The translations under genes were made by a program, and so were the position numbers. 64,000 nt of DNA from a virus. Shown here piece after piece: positions 49,333 through 58,943 of the stretch; position 1 is the first letter of the stretch, and each line of letters starts with the position of its first letter. The notes under the pieces are model-generated. The model was not told the origin of the DNA, searched no databases, and was given only the letters and a program-made list of their open reading frames with translations. The stretch is taken from IMG/VR virus record IMGVR_UViG_3300032296_003714, positions 32,001 through 96,000 of that record, one strand, 5' to 3'.

Positions 49333-49351
49333 AACTATAAATTTTATAAAC

Positions 49352-50203
49352 ATGAACACATTAGACGCCGTATTGGCACAGTACGAAAAAAATCAAACAT
49401 CGGGCGGGGCCCAAAACAGAATGTCGCAAGACGAAAGAATGAAAAAGTATTTCGCCCTTATCTTGGGTGATAAAGAAAAAACGGGACAAAGAAGAGTTAG
49501 GATTCTCCCAACTCAAGACGGCTCCTCACCATTCAAAGAAGCTTGGTATCATGAAATCCAAGTAGGTGGTCAATGGCAAAAATTCTATGACCCAGGAAAG
49601 AATGACAACGAACGTTCACCTTTGAACGAAGTTTATGAAGAACTTATGTCCACAGGAAAAGAGTCAGACAAAGAACTTGCAAAACAGTACAAATCTCGTA
49701 AGTTTTATATCGTTAAGGTTATTGACCGTGATAACGAACAAGACGGACCAAAGTTTTGGAGATTCAAACACAACTATAAGAACGACGGTATCTTGGATAA
49801 GGTAATTCCAATTTGGAGAAACAAGGGTGATATCACCGACCCTGAAAAAGGTAGAGACCTCATCATCGAGCTCAGCAAATCCAAAACGCCAAAGGGTAAA
49901 GAATATACAACAGTATCAACCATCATGTATGATGACCCATCTCCTGTACATGAAGAAAAAGACCAGGCTAAAGCTTGGATTAACGACGAACTAACTTGGC
50001 TCGACGTTTATTCCAAAAAACCTGTCGAGTATCTCGAAGCAATTGCAAGAGGTGAGACCCCGAAATGGGATTCTGATAAAGGTGGATATGTTTATGGTGA
50101 TAGCACCGTTTCTGAAACATCTATGGGTGGCAGCAAATCAACTAAGTCATCTTATGTTGACCCACAAGCTGAAGACGAACCAGACGGAGACTTACCATTC
50201 TAA
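49352..50203 (+). CDS. Single-stranded DNA-binding protein (T4 gp32-like)
   Basis: RVRILP, FYIVKVIDRD, GPKFWRF, DITDPEKGRDL, acidic tail ending DGDLPF. Confidence 0.85.
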   Translation: MNTLDAVLAQYEKNQTSGGAQNRMSQDERMKKYFALILGDKEKTGQRRVRILPTQDGSSPFKEAWYHEIQVGGQWQKFYDPGKNDNERSPLNEVYEELMSTGKESDKELAKQYKSRKFYIVKVIDRDNEQDGPKFWRFKHNYKNDGILDKVIPIWRNKGDITDPEKGRDLIIELSKSKTPKGKEYTTVSTIMYDDPSPVHEEKDQAKAWINDELTWLDVYSKKPVEYLEAIARGETPKWDSDKGGYVYGDSTVSETSMGGSKSTKSSYVDPQAEDEPDGDLPF

Positions 50204-50209
50204 CTTAAT

Positions 50210-50240
50210 GGGTGGGGGACTAACCCCACCCTTAATTTTA
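50210..50240 (+). terminator. GC-rich hairpin after the SSB gene
   Basis: GGGTGGGG-GACTAA-CCCCACCC followed by ttaatttt. Confidence 0.65.
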
Positions 50241-50244
50241 TTAT

Positions 50245-50535
50245 ATGACATTTAAAGAAGAAATTGAATTACAATCAAGAGATAATAAAGTATTATCTTA
50301 CGAAATATTGACTAACCTAAAAGACAAGTTCTATTGGTCCGGTAGACCTAAAGAAGTTGGTGATACCGTTTTATTCGGGATGGTTGAGTTGGAAGAACAA
50401 GGGGAAAAGTCTTTAAGATTAATAACTTTTCATGAAGAGGAGGTAGGTGTTTTGTACGAAGAAAATACCAAGTTCTATTCTAAAGAAAAACAAGATAAAT
50501 TTCCACGACTTAAAAAAATAGAAAATGGCAATTAA
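50245..50535 (+). CDS. Hypothetical protein
   Basis: 96-aa ORF overlapping the start of the recombinase gene. Confidence 0.65.
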   Translation: MTFKEEIELQSRDNKVLSYEILTNLKDKFYWSGRPKEVGDTVLFGMVELEEQGEKSLRLITFHEEEVGVLYEENTKFYSKEKQDKFPRLKKIENGN

Positions 50536-51529
50536 GAAAAACGAATTCAGTGACATTAAAAAGAAGTTCTCGACTTCCGCAAAATATAAACCGCAAAGGT
50601 TCTTTGATTTGGGTGAAGACTTCTTGGATGCTGTTGGACTACCCGGCCCTGCGATTGGACACTTGAATATGTTCTTGGGTCACTCAGATACAGGTAAAAC
50701 AACTGCGGCAATCAAAACCGCGGTAGATGCACAGAAGAAAGGTATTCTTCCTGTGTTCATTATCACTGAACAAAAATGGTCTTTTGAACATGCAAGACTC
50801 ATGGGTTTTGAATGTGAAGAAACTGTTGACCAAGATACTGGAGAATTGGATTGGGACGGATTCTTTATCTTCAATAATAATTTCAACTATATTGAACAAA
50901 TCACTGATTATATCAACTCACTTATTGATGCGCAAGAGAAGGGCGAACTTGAATATAGTTTGTGTTTCATTTGGGATTCTGTTGGTTCTGTACCTTGTAA
51001 AATGACTTATGAGGGTAAGGGTGGTAAACAACACAATGCTTCCACACTCGCTGATAAGATTGGTATGGGAATCAACCAAAGAATTTCAGGTTCAAGAAAG
51101 GCGGATTCAAAGTTTGAGAACACTTTGATTATCATCAATCAACCTTGGGTTGAACTTCCTGATAATCCATTCGGACAACCTAAGATTAAAGCTAAAGGTG
51201 GTGAATCAATTTGGTTGAATTCATCTTTGGTATTTTTGTTTGGTAATCAAAAAGGTGCTGGTACAAATAAAATAACTGCAACAAAAGACAAAAGAAGTGT
51301 TAAGTTTGCAACGAGAACGAAAGTATCAGTGTTGAAAAATCACATCAACGGTCTTGGATATGAGGATGGGAAGATTATTGTCACACCACATGGATTTTTG
51401 GCAGGAAAAGAAGCAGCAGAAGAAAAAGCATCTATCGAAGCGTATAAGAAAGAATATGCTGACTATTGGAAAGAGATTATCGGAACCGATGGTGATTTTA
51501 CATTGAAAGAAGAAAAAGAAGATTCGTAA
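50525..51529 (+). CDS. uvsX: RecA/UvsX-like recombinase
   Basis: Walker A GHSDTGKT, Walker B FIWDSVG, IIINQ, KGG, VLKNH. Confidence 0.85.
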   Translation: MAIKKNEFSDIKKKFSTSAKYKPQRFFDLGEDFLDAVGLPGPAIGHLNMFLGHSDTGKTTAAIKTAVDAQKKGILPVFIITEQKWSFEHARLMGFECEETVDQDTGELDWDGFFIFNNNFNYIEQITDYINSLIDAQEKGELEYSLCFIWDSVGSVPCKMTYEGKGGKQHNASTLADKIGMGINQRISGSRKADSKFENTLIIINQPWVELPDNPFGQPKIKAKGGESIWLNSSLVFLFGNQKGAGTNKITATKDKRSVKFATRTKVSVLKNHINGLGYEDGKIIVTPHGFLAGKEAAEEKASIEAYKKEYADYWKEIIGTDGDFTLKEEKEDS

Positions 51530-51546
51530 CCCTATAAAAATTAAAT

Positions 51547-52548
51547 GTGGGAAAGACTTTGTTGGTAGATGGTGATAACTTATTTAAAATAGGTTTTCAC
51601 GGAGCTAAGGACCTCTTTAACGACGGTTCACATGTTGGTGGGGTGTATCACTTCATTAACACCTTGAGACGATTCTTGGAGGAGCACAATCACGATAAGG
51701 TGGTTGTATTTTGGGATGGAGATTCTAATTCATCCGCAAGAAAAAAATTATACCCTCAATATAAAGAGAACAGAAGGTTAGGTATGAATGAGTTTAAGTA
51801 CGAATCATACTTAACCCAAAAGTCTCGTGTTAAACAATACATTGAAGAAGTATTTGTTAGACAAGTTGAAATGCACGATAACGAGGCGGACGACCTCATT
51901 GCATATTACTGTAAAATTGCTATAGACGAGAACATAATAATCTTCTCAGCAGATAAAGACCTCACACAACTAATCAATGAAAGGGTAACAATCTATTCAC
52001 CCGTATCAAAAAGTTATTTCAAGAAAGGAGATAAGATAACAATCAATAAGGTTGAAATACCGCATGAGAATGTTTTGCTCTGTAAAGTTTTTACAGGAGA
52101 CAAATCAGATAACATTGATGGTATTGAAGGTTTGGGAGAAAAGACTTTGGTTAAATACTTTCCTGAATTGCAGGAAAAATCATGCACTATCGAAGAAATA
52201 TTGGATAATGCACGAAATATCCCGCAAACAAAACCTATTAAAAGTTTATCTAATATTTTGACAGGTAAGACAAAAAGTGGTATACTTGGTGAAGAGTTCT
52301 ATAATATGAACAAGAAAATTGTGGATTTATCGAACCCACTAATTACCGATGAGGGTAAAGAGTTGGTGGAACAAATTCATAAAGACACAATAGACCCAAC
52401 AGATAGGGGGTATAAAAATCTGATGAGAATGATGGTACAAGACGGGATGTTCAAGTTTCTTCCAAAGAACGACGAAGCTTGGGTAGATTTCCTGAGACCA
52501 TTCATGAAACTAATAAGAAAAGAAAAAAGAAACACAAATAAAAATTAA
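51547..52548 (+). CDS. 5'-3' exonuclease / flap endonuclease (T4 RNase H / PolA N-terminal-like)
   Basis: LLVDGDN, YKENR, EADD, SADKDLTQL, GDKSDNIDGIEGLGEKT; GTG start. Confidence 0.9.
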   Translation: MGKTLLVDGDNLFKIGFHGAKDLFNDGSHVGGVYHFINTLRRFLEEHNHDKVVVFWDGDSNSSARKKLYPQYKENRRLGMNEFKYESYLTQKSRVKQYIEEVFVRQVEMHDNEADDLIAYYCKIAIDENIIIFSADKDLTQLINERVTIYSPVSKSYFKKGDKITINKVEIPHENVLLCKVFTGDKSDNIDGIEGLGEKTLVKYFPELQEKSCTIEEILDNARNIPQTKPIKSLSNILTGKTKSGILGEEFYNMNKKIVDLSNPLITDEGKELVEQIHKDTIDPTDRGYKNLMRMMVQDGMFKFLPKNDEAWVDFLRPFMKLIRKEKRNTNKN

Positions 52549-52551
52549 ATT

Positions 52552-53004
52552 ATGAAAGAGCAAGACATTACGAAGCTAGAGTTCCTTTTGACACTTAACG
52601 ACAACATCGTGGTTCAAAGATTCTTCAATGTAAAAGGGTTCAACCCAAAGGCAAAAAACTCTGTTGACTTGTATGAGTTTATGAGAGATGTTGCTGACAC
52701 ATTGAAGTATGACATGAAAATGAAAACTGTTATCTACATGTTGGATAATAAGGAGTCAATTATGCACGATGCGAGTGTGATGGAAACATCCTTCACTGAA
52801 GGACCAGAAAATTTTAACATGTATATCAAACTCGGAGAACAGACAATTTGTCATAGAATTTTCGATGGAAAAATGTTCCCGCCAAAAGTTCGTTATACCG
52901 TGGACGTAAGACCATATCTTAAAGATTTGTTAAAGGGATTGACTGACATTTTTTCAGCACAGAAATTAAATTTCAAATTTTTAGGATACGACTTCAGTAA
53001 GTAA
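52552..53004 (+). CDS. Hypothetical protein in the replication operon
   Basis: 150-aa ORF between the exonuclease and helicase genes. Confidence 0.7.
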   Translation: MKEQDITKLEFLLTLNDNIVVQRFFNVKGFNPKAKNSVDLYEFMRDVADTLKYDMKMKTVIYMLDNKESIMHDASVMETSFTEGPENFNMYIKLGEQTICHRIFDGKMFPPKVRYTVDVRPYLKDLLKGLTDIFSAQKLNFKFLGYDFSK

Positions 53005-53033
53005 GTATTTAATTAATAGAGAGGTCTAAAATT

Positions 53034-54419
53034 ATGATGAAAAATTTTGAGTATTTAGGTAACACCTTTCAGCTACAGCTGATAAATCAAATAGTTCTCG
53101 ACAAGACCTTTTCTGCAGCAATCTTAGATGTTTTAGAGAGTTCATATTTTGATAATAAGTACTTCAAGACTATCATACAGATGATTAAGGAGTATCACAA
53201 AAAATATGAATCATCACCATCTTTCGATACTCTCGAACAAATCGTAAAGGCTGAAATTTCACAAGAGCTTTTGGCTAAAATTGTTTTGGATACACTAAAA
53301 CAAATCAAGGACGCTCCTCTTGAGGGTTCAGTTTTTGTACAGGAAAGAGGTCTGAAGTTTTGTAAACAACAAGAACTTCAGAAGGCAATGGAGAAGGCAC
53401 AGAAAATTATCAACGAAGGAGACTTTGAATCGTATGATAAAGTTGAAGGGTTGATTAGAGATGCCTTACAGGTTGGGCAAATTGAGACAGGAACTGAAGA
53501 TGTGTTTCAGAATCTTGACACAGTTTTGGACGAAGACTACAGACACCCAATACCGATGGGTATTCACGGAATCGATAACCTACTTAAGGGTGGGTTGGCT
53601 AAGGGTGAGATTGGTGTAATATTGGCACCAACAGGTGTGGGTAAAACTACTATCTTAACTAAGATTGCAAATACTGCTTTTAACATGGGGTATAATGTTC
53701 TTCAAATATTCTTTGAAGACAATCCAAAAATCGTACAAAGAAAACACTTTACGATATGGACTGGAATTGAACCTGATAATTTGGCTAACCATAAAGAAGA
53801 GGTTATTACTAAAATAACCGAGATTCAAGAGACAATGAGTAATAAGTTAATTCTAAAAAAATTGGCTTCTGATACAATGACTATGAATCAGATTAAAAAT
53901 CAGGTTAGAAAGATGATAGCTGATGGTATTAAAATAGATATGATTCTATTAGATTACATTGATTGTGTTCTACCTGAACAATCATCTAAAGATGAGTGGA
54001 AAGCTGAGGGTTCAGTAATGAGAGGGTTTGAAGCAATGTGTCACGAATTGAGTATTGCGGGTTGGACAGCGACCCAAGGGAACAGAAGTTCTATTTCATC
54101 TGAAGTTGTAACCACAGACCAAATGGGTGGTTCTATCAAGAAGGCACAAGTGGGACATGTGATTATCACAGTAGCTAAAACTCTTCAACAAAAAGAGATG
54201 AACTTGGCAACAATTGCAATTACCAAATCAAGGTTGGGAAAAGATGGGGTTGTATTTGAGAATTGTAAGTTCAACAATGAACTTCTTGAAATAGATACAG
54301 AAAGTTCTGTAACATTCTTAGGTTTTGAAGAACAGAAAGAAGAAAAGAATAGAGATAGAGTAAGGGAACTCTTGGAGAAGAGAAAACAAAAAGAAGAGGC
54401 AAAAAAACAAACAAACTAA
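53034..54419 (+). CDS. dnaB: DnaB-like replicative helicase (gp41-like)
   Basis: Walker A APTGVGKT, LLDYID, WTATQGNR, ITKSRLG. Confidence 0.9.
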   Translation: MMKNFEYLGNTFQLQLINQIVLDKTFSAAILDVLESSYFDNKYFKTIIQMIKEYHKKYESSPSFDTLEQIVKAEISQELLAKIVLDTLKQIKDAPLEGSVFVQERGLKFCKQQELQKAMEKAQKIINEGDFESYDKVEGLIRDALQVGQIETGTEDVFQNLDTVLDEDYRHPIPMGIHGIDNLLKGGLAKGEIGVILAPTGVGKTTILTKIANTAFNMGYNVLQIFFEDNPKIVQRKHFTIWTGIEPDNLANHKEEVITKITEIQETMSNKLILKKLASDTMTMNQIKNQVRKMIADGIKIDMILLDYIDCVLPEQSSKDEWKAEGSVMRGFEAMCHELSIAGWTATQGNRSSISSEVVTTDQMGGSIKKAQVGHVIITVAKTLQQKEMNLATIAITKSRLGKDGVVFENCKFNNELLEIDTESSVTFLGFEEQKEEKNRDRVRELLEKRKQKEEAKKQTN

Positions 54420-54467
54420 ATATCTACTTTTTGTGAAAAAAACTTATTATTTTTAATGAAAATTATG

Positions 54468-54496
54468 GGTCGCATATCATGCGACCTTATATTTAT
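54468..54496 (+). promoter_or_regulatory. Palindrome abutting the TATATTTAT element upstream of nrdJ
   Basis: GGTCGCAT-ATC-ATGCGACC followed by TATATTTAT. Confidence 0.5.
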
Positions 54497-54547
54497 AACT
54501 AAAATCAACGATTTTTTATAAAAAAAACAAATTACAAAAATTAAAGT

Positions 54548-56404
54548 ATGGACATTTCGAACAGAATCCTCAGTGATATTACAGTATACATGAAGTATGC
54601 GAAGTTTATCCCTGAGTTGAACAGAAGAGAGACGTGGCAAGAACTAGTCACAAGAAACATGGAGATGCATATTAAGCAGTATCCAAATTTAGAAAAGGAA
54701 ATCAGAGAGAACTACATGTATGTATTCAAAAAGCAAGTTCTCCCATCAATGAGGTCAATGCAGTTTGCAGGAAAACCTATTGAAATTTCTCCGAACAGAA
54801 TCTATAACTGTGCTTTTGCACCAATTGATGATTGGAGAGTATTTTCTGAAATCATGTTTTTGTTATTAGGTGGAACAGGTGTTGGCTATTCTGTACAAAA
54901 ACATCACGTTGAAACATTACCTGAAATCATGAAACCAAATAAAGAAAGAAGTAGAAGATGGTTGGTTGCTGACTCAATTGAAGGATGGGCAGACGCTGTA
55001 AAAATTTTGGTAAAATCATATTTTTATGGTGGTTCGCATATCGAGTTCGATTTCAGTGACATCAGGCCAAAAGGTGCAAGATTGGTAACTTCAGGAGGAA
55101 AGGCACCTGGACCTCAACCATTGAAAGAATGTCTTATCAAACTTGAAGGTATTCTTGATTCCAAAGAAAATGGAGAAAAGTTAAGACCAATTGAAGTTCA
55201 TGATATGGTTTGTCATATTGCGGATGCGGTATTGGCTGGCGGTATCAGAAGAGCCGCACTTATCTCATTGTTCTCAGCAACTGATGATGAAATGATTGGA
55301 TGTAAGTCAGGTGCTTGGTGGGAAACAAATCCACAAAGAGGTAGAGCAAATAACTCAGCTGTGTTGCTCCGACACAAAATCACAAAAGATTACTTCATGG
55401 ACCTTTGGAAGAGAATTGAAGCAAGCGGAGCTGGTGAACCCGGTATTTACTTGACTAATGATAAAGATTGGGGAACAAACCCTTGTTGTGAAATTGCCTT
55501 GAGACCATTCCAATTCTGTAACTTAACAGAGGTGAATGTGTCAAATGTGGTATCACAAGAAGATTTTGAAGACAGAGTTAGAGCCGCGGCTTTCTGTGGT
55601 ACACTTCAGGCTGGTTATACAAACTTCCATTACCTAAGACCTATTTGGCAAAGAACAACTGAGAAAGACGCTTTGATTGGTGTATCCATGACAGGTATTG
55701 GTTCAGGTGCGGTATTGAAATTGGATATGAAATCCGCCGCAAAAATTGTTAAAGAAGAGAACAAAAGAGTTGCTGAATTACTTGGCATAAATCCTGCGGC
55801 GAGAAGTACAACTGTTAAACCAGCAGGTACAACTTCATTGACTCTCGGTACATCATCAGGAATCCATGCTTGGCACAATGATTATTATGTCAGAAGAGTT
55901 AGAGTTGGAAAGAATGAAGCAATTTACACTTACTTAAAAGAAAATCATCCTGAGTTGGTTGAAGATGAATACTTCAGACCACACGATACTGCGGTAATTG
56001 GTATTCCACAAAAAGCACCAGAAGGTTCTATTTTGAGAAATGAATCACCAATTCAACTACTCGAAAGAGTTAAGAAAGTTCATGTCGATTGGATTAAACC
56101 AGGTCACAGAAGTGGTAGTAACTCTCACAACGTATCTGCAACAGTTTCTATTCGTGAACACGAATGGCCTGCGGTAGGTGAGTGGATGTGGGAAAATAGA
56201 GACCACTATAACGGACTTTCAGTTCTACCATATGACGGAGGTACTTACATTCAAGCACCGTTCGAAGATTGTACAAAAGAAAGATATGAAGAATTGATGC
56301 AGACATTGCATGAAGTTGACCTATCTAAAATTGTAGAGTTGGAAGACGAAACAGATTTGAGTGGTGAGTTGGCTTGTGCTGGTGGAGCTTGTGTATTAGT
56401 ATAA
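54548..56404 (+). CDS. nrdJ: Class II (adenosylcobalamin-dependent) ribonucleotide reductase, monomeric RTPR type
   Basis: IYNC, RRAALI, TNPCCEI, CNLTE, TTVKPAGT, C-terminal ACAGGAC. Confidence 0.9.
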   Translation: MDISNRILSDITVYMKYAKFIPELNRRETWQELVTRNMEMHIKQYPNLEKEIRENYMYVFKKQVLPSMRSMQFAGKPIEISPNRIYNCAFAPIDDWRVFSEIMFLLLGGTGVGYSVQKHHVETLPEIMKPNKERSRRWLVADSIEGWADAVKILVKSYFYGGSHIEFDFSDIRPKGARLVTSGGKAPGPQPLKECLIKLEGILDSKENGEKLRPIEVHDMVCHIADAVLAGGIRRAALISLFSATDDEMIGCKSGAWWETNPQRGRANNSAVLLRHKITKDYFMDLWKRIEASGAGEPGIYLTNDKDWGTNPCCEIALRPFQFCNLTEVNVSNVVSQEDFEDRVRAAAFCGTLQAGYTNFHYLRPIWQRTTEKDALIGVSMTGIGSGAVLKLDMKSAAKIVKEENKRVAELLGINPAARSTTVKPAGTTSLTLGTSSGIHAWHNDYYVRRVRVGKNEAIYTYLKENHPELVEDEYFRPHDTAVIGIPQKAPEGSILRNESPIQLLERVKKVHVDWIKPGHRSGSNSHNVSATVSIREHEWPAVGEWMWENRDHYNGLSVLPYDGGTYIQAPFEDCTKERYEELMQTLHEVDLSKIVELEDETDLSGELACAGGACVLV

Positions 56405-56409
56405 AACCT

Positions 56410-56607
56410 ATGGAAAATACAAACAATAAGAGGGAGAATCAAAATGAGATTCTCCCTTCTGATTATTATATAGATAATGGTAGAGTCGTCTTCACAGAAA
56501 GTTATCATGTGAGGAGAGGACATTGCTGTGGTTCTTATAATGGATGTAGACATTGTCCTTATGAACCGAAAGGAATAAAAGGTAATACTACTTTAGTTGA
56601 AAAATAG
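56410..56607 (+). CDS. Small Cys-rich protein (DUF5522-like)
   Basis: ATG at 56410; YYIDNGRVVFTESYHVRRGHCCGS..GCRHCPY. Confidence 0.7.
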   Translation: MENTNNKRENQNEILPSDYYIDNGRVVFTESYHVRRGHCCGSYNGCRHCPYEPKGIKGNTTLVEK

Positions 56608-56627
56608 TCTGTGTATATTTATTTAAT

Positions 56628-57098
56628 ATGGCAGATGGTACTACATATGGTTTATTTTTTCCATTTCAAGACTCAAGAAGAGGAGATTACCTAGCGCTTA
56701 CAGAATTTGAACAAGAAGAAGTAAGGTCAGATTTAATTCATTTGTTATTAACAAGAAAAGGAACAAGGTATTTTTTACCTGACTTTGGAACAAAACTTTA
56801 CGATTACATATTTGAACCGTTTGACGGATTGACATTCAATGCAATCGAATCTGATATCAGAGATTCTATTTCAAGGTATATGCCTAATTTAATAGTAAAC
56901 AATATATCTATTGAACCAATAACACCTGAAGAAGAATTTGATGGTACTGTTACAGGTACAATTGGAAGTGTCAGAGTTTACGACATCTATAGAGTACCAG
57001 GAAAAAACACATACGAATATACTGCAAAAGTAAGAATTGATTATTCAATCAATGATTTGACTTTTTCGCAAAGTGATTTCGTTATTATAAATATTTAA
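56628..57098 (+). CDS. Baseplate wedge / sheath-initiator protein (gp25-like)
   Basis: LIHLLLTRKGTRYFLPDFGTKLYDYIFEP...ISRYMP. Confidence 0.9.
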   Translation: MADGTTYGLFFPFQDSRRGDYLALTEFEQEEVRSDLIHLLLTRKGTRYFLPDFGTKLYDYIFEPFDGLTFNAIESDIRDSISRYMPNLIVNNISIEPITPEEEFDGTVTGTIGSVRVYDIYRVPGKNTYEYTAKVRIDYSINDLTFSQSDFVIINI

Positions 57099-57104
57099 TA
57101 CAAT

Positions 57105-58943
57105 ATGGCTAACAATAAAATATCATATACAGTTAGGGATTACCAAGGAATTAGAGCGGAACTACTTAACTATGTCAAAACTTATTATCCCGAATTAATT
57201 CAAGACTTCAACGACGCTTCTGTTTTTTCTGTGTTTTTGGATTTAAATGCTGCTGTTGCCGATAACCTACATTACCATATTGATAGAAGTATTCAAGAAA
57301 CAGTATTACAATATGCACAACAAAGGTCATCAATATATAATATAGCTAGAACTTATGGATTAAAAATCCCTGGTCAAAGACCTTCAGTATCTTTGGTAGA
57401 TTTTTCTATAACAGTTCCTGCATTTGGTGACAAAGAAGATGAAAGATATTTGGGCACATTAATTAGAGGTTCACAAGTAAGCGGTGCGGGTATTGTTTTT
57501 GAAAACATATATGATATTGATTTTACTTCACCATACAATGCTCAAGGGTTTCCAAATAGACTTAAGATACCAAATTTTAATACAAATGGGGTCTTACTAA
57601 ATTATACAATAACTAAAAGAGAACTTGTTGTTAATGGTATAACAAAAGTATTCAAAAGAGTTATTTCACCAAATGATGTTAGACCATTTTTTGAATTGTT
57701 CTTACCTGAAAAAAATGTTTTAGGCATAACAAGTGTATTGTTAAAGAATGGTACAGATTATACAAATATACCACCGGCATCTGAATTTGTTGGTTTAGCT
57801 AACAGGTGGTATGAAGTTGACGCGCTTGCCGAAGATAGGGTTTTTATTGAAGACCCAACAAAAGTTGCAGACCAACCAGGAATTAAGGTTGGTAGATATA
57901 TTCAAACTAGTGACAGATTCATTTCTGAATATACTCCTGAAGGTTTTAAAAAAATGACTTTTGGTGGAGGAACAACATCTGCTCAAGACCAGCTTAATTT
58001 ATTTACTAACTTAGGAGGTCCTTTGAATATACAAAATTATTTAAATAATTTTTCATTAGGTTCTGCTTTAGTTCCAAACTCTACATTGTTTGTTCAGTAT
58101 AGAGTTGGAGGTGGATTAGCAACTAATTTAGGTACTAATGTAATTAATCAAGTCGGTACTGTTTCATTTTTTGTTAATGGTCCTTCAGAAGTTACAAATC
58201 AATCAGTTATAAATTCATTAAGATGTAATAACGTAACTGCAGCAATAGGTGGTGCAAACCAACCAAATATAGAGGAGGTTAGAAACTTTGTTTCTTTTAA
58301 TTTCTCAGCACAAAAAAGAGCTGTTACTGTTAATGATTATGAGGCGATTATTAGAAATATGCCTTCACAATTTGGAGCACCTGCTAAAGTTGCAATCACA
58401 GAAAACGATAATAAGGTTAAAGTACAAATATTATCATATGATACCCAAGGTAAATTAACAAGTGTTGTTTCCAATACTTTAAAACAAAACCTTGCAACAT
58501 ATCTTTCAAACTATAGAATGTTAAATGATTATATCTCAATATTAACTGCTGAGGTTATTGATTTAAGTGTTGAAGTTTCTATTGTACTTACTTCAGCACA
58601 AAATTCAGGTCAGATTATTACAGATGTTGTAAGTAGAATCTCAAATTATTTTAATCCGCAATTTAGAGAACTAGGACAAAATGTTAATATCTCCGAGTTG
58701 AGAAGTATTATACAAAATCAGACAGGTGTTTTGAATGTCACATCTATAGATATTTTCAATTTGGTCGGAGGGCAATACTCATCAGCACAAACATCTATGT
58801 TATATGCCGACGAAGAAACAAGAAAAATACAACCTGTAGATGATACTTTATTTGCAGAACCAAATCAAATTTACCAAGTAAGATTTCCAACAAAAGACAT
58901 TAAAGTTAGTGTAAAGAACTATCAAACAACTACATTATCTTAA
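57105..58943 (+). CDS. Baseplate wedge protein (gp6 / baseplate J-like)
   Basis: RDYQGIR, SIYNIARTYG, YRVGGG...N, AAIGGA, QKRAVTVNDY. Confidence 0.88.
   Translation: MANNKISYTVRDYQGIRAELLNYVKTYYPELIQDFNDASVFSVFLDLNAAVADNLHYHIDRSIQETVLQYAQQRSSIYNIARTYGLKIPGQRPSVSLVDFSITVPAFGDKEDERYLGTLIRGSQVSGAGIVFENIYDIDFTSPYNAQGFPNRLKIPNFNTNGVLLNYTITKRELVVNGITKVFKRVISPNDVRPFFELFLPEKNVLGITSVLLKNGTDYTNIPPASEFVGLANRWYEVDALAEDRVFIEDPTKVADQPGIKVGRYIQTSDRFISEYTPEGFKKMTFGGGTTSAQDQLNLFTNLGGPLNIQNYLNNFSLGSALVPNSTLFVQYRVGGGLATNLGTNVINQVGTVSFFVNGPSEVTNQSVINSLRCNNVTAAIGGANQPNIEEVRNFVSFNFSAQKRAVTVNDYEAIIRNMPSQFGAPAKVAITENDNKVKVQILSYDTQGKLTSVVSNTLKQNLATYLSNYRMLNDYISILTAEVIDLSVEVSIVLTSAQNSGQIITDVVSRISNYFNPQFRELGQNVNISELRSIIQNQTGVLNVTSIDIFNLVGGQYSSAQTSMLYADEETRKIQPVDDTLFAEPNQIYQVRFPTKDIKVSVKNYQTTTLS

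Noticed and set aside
54420-54547. Cobalamin riboswitch upstream of nrdJ
   Set aside because: The region is too short and AT-rich, and no B12-box-like sequence was seen.
19515-56404. Inteins or introns in polB, helicase, recombinase or RNR
   Set aside because: Lengths are normal, motifs are contiguous, and no intein or homing-endonuclease signatures were seen.
56374-56409. Upstream start given in the ORF track for 56374..56607
   Set aside because: It lies inside nrdJ. The ATG at 56410 is more plausible.
28230-58943. Bacterial extracellular contractile injection system or tailocin
   Set aside because: Neck proteins and a full phage replisome are interleaved with the tail genes.
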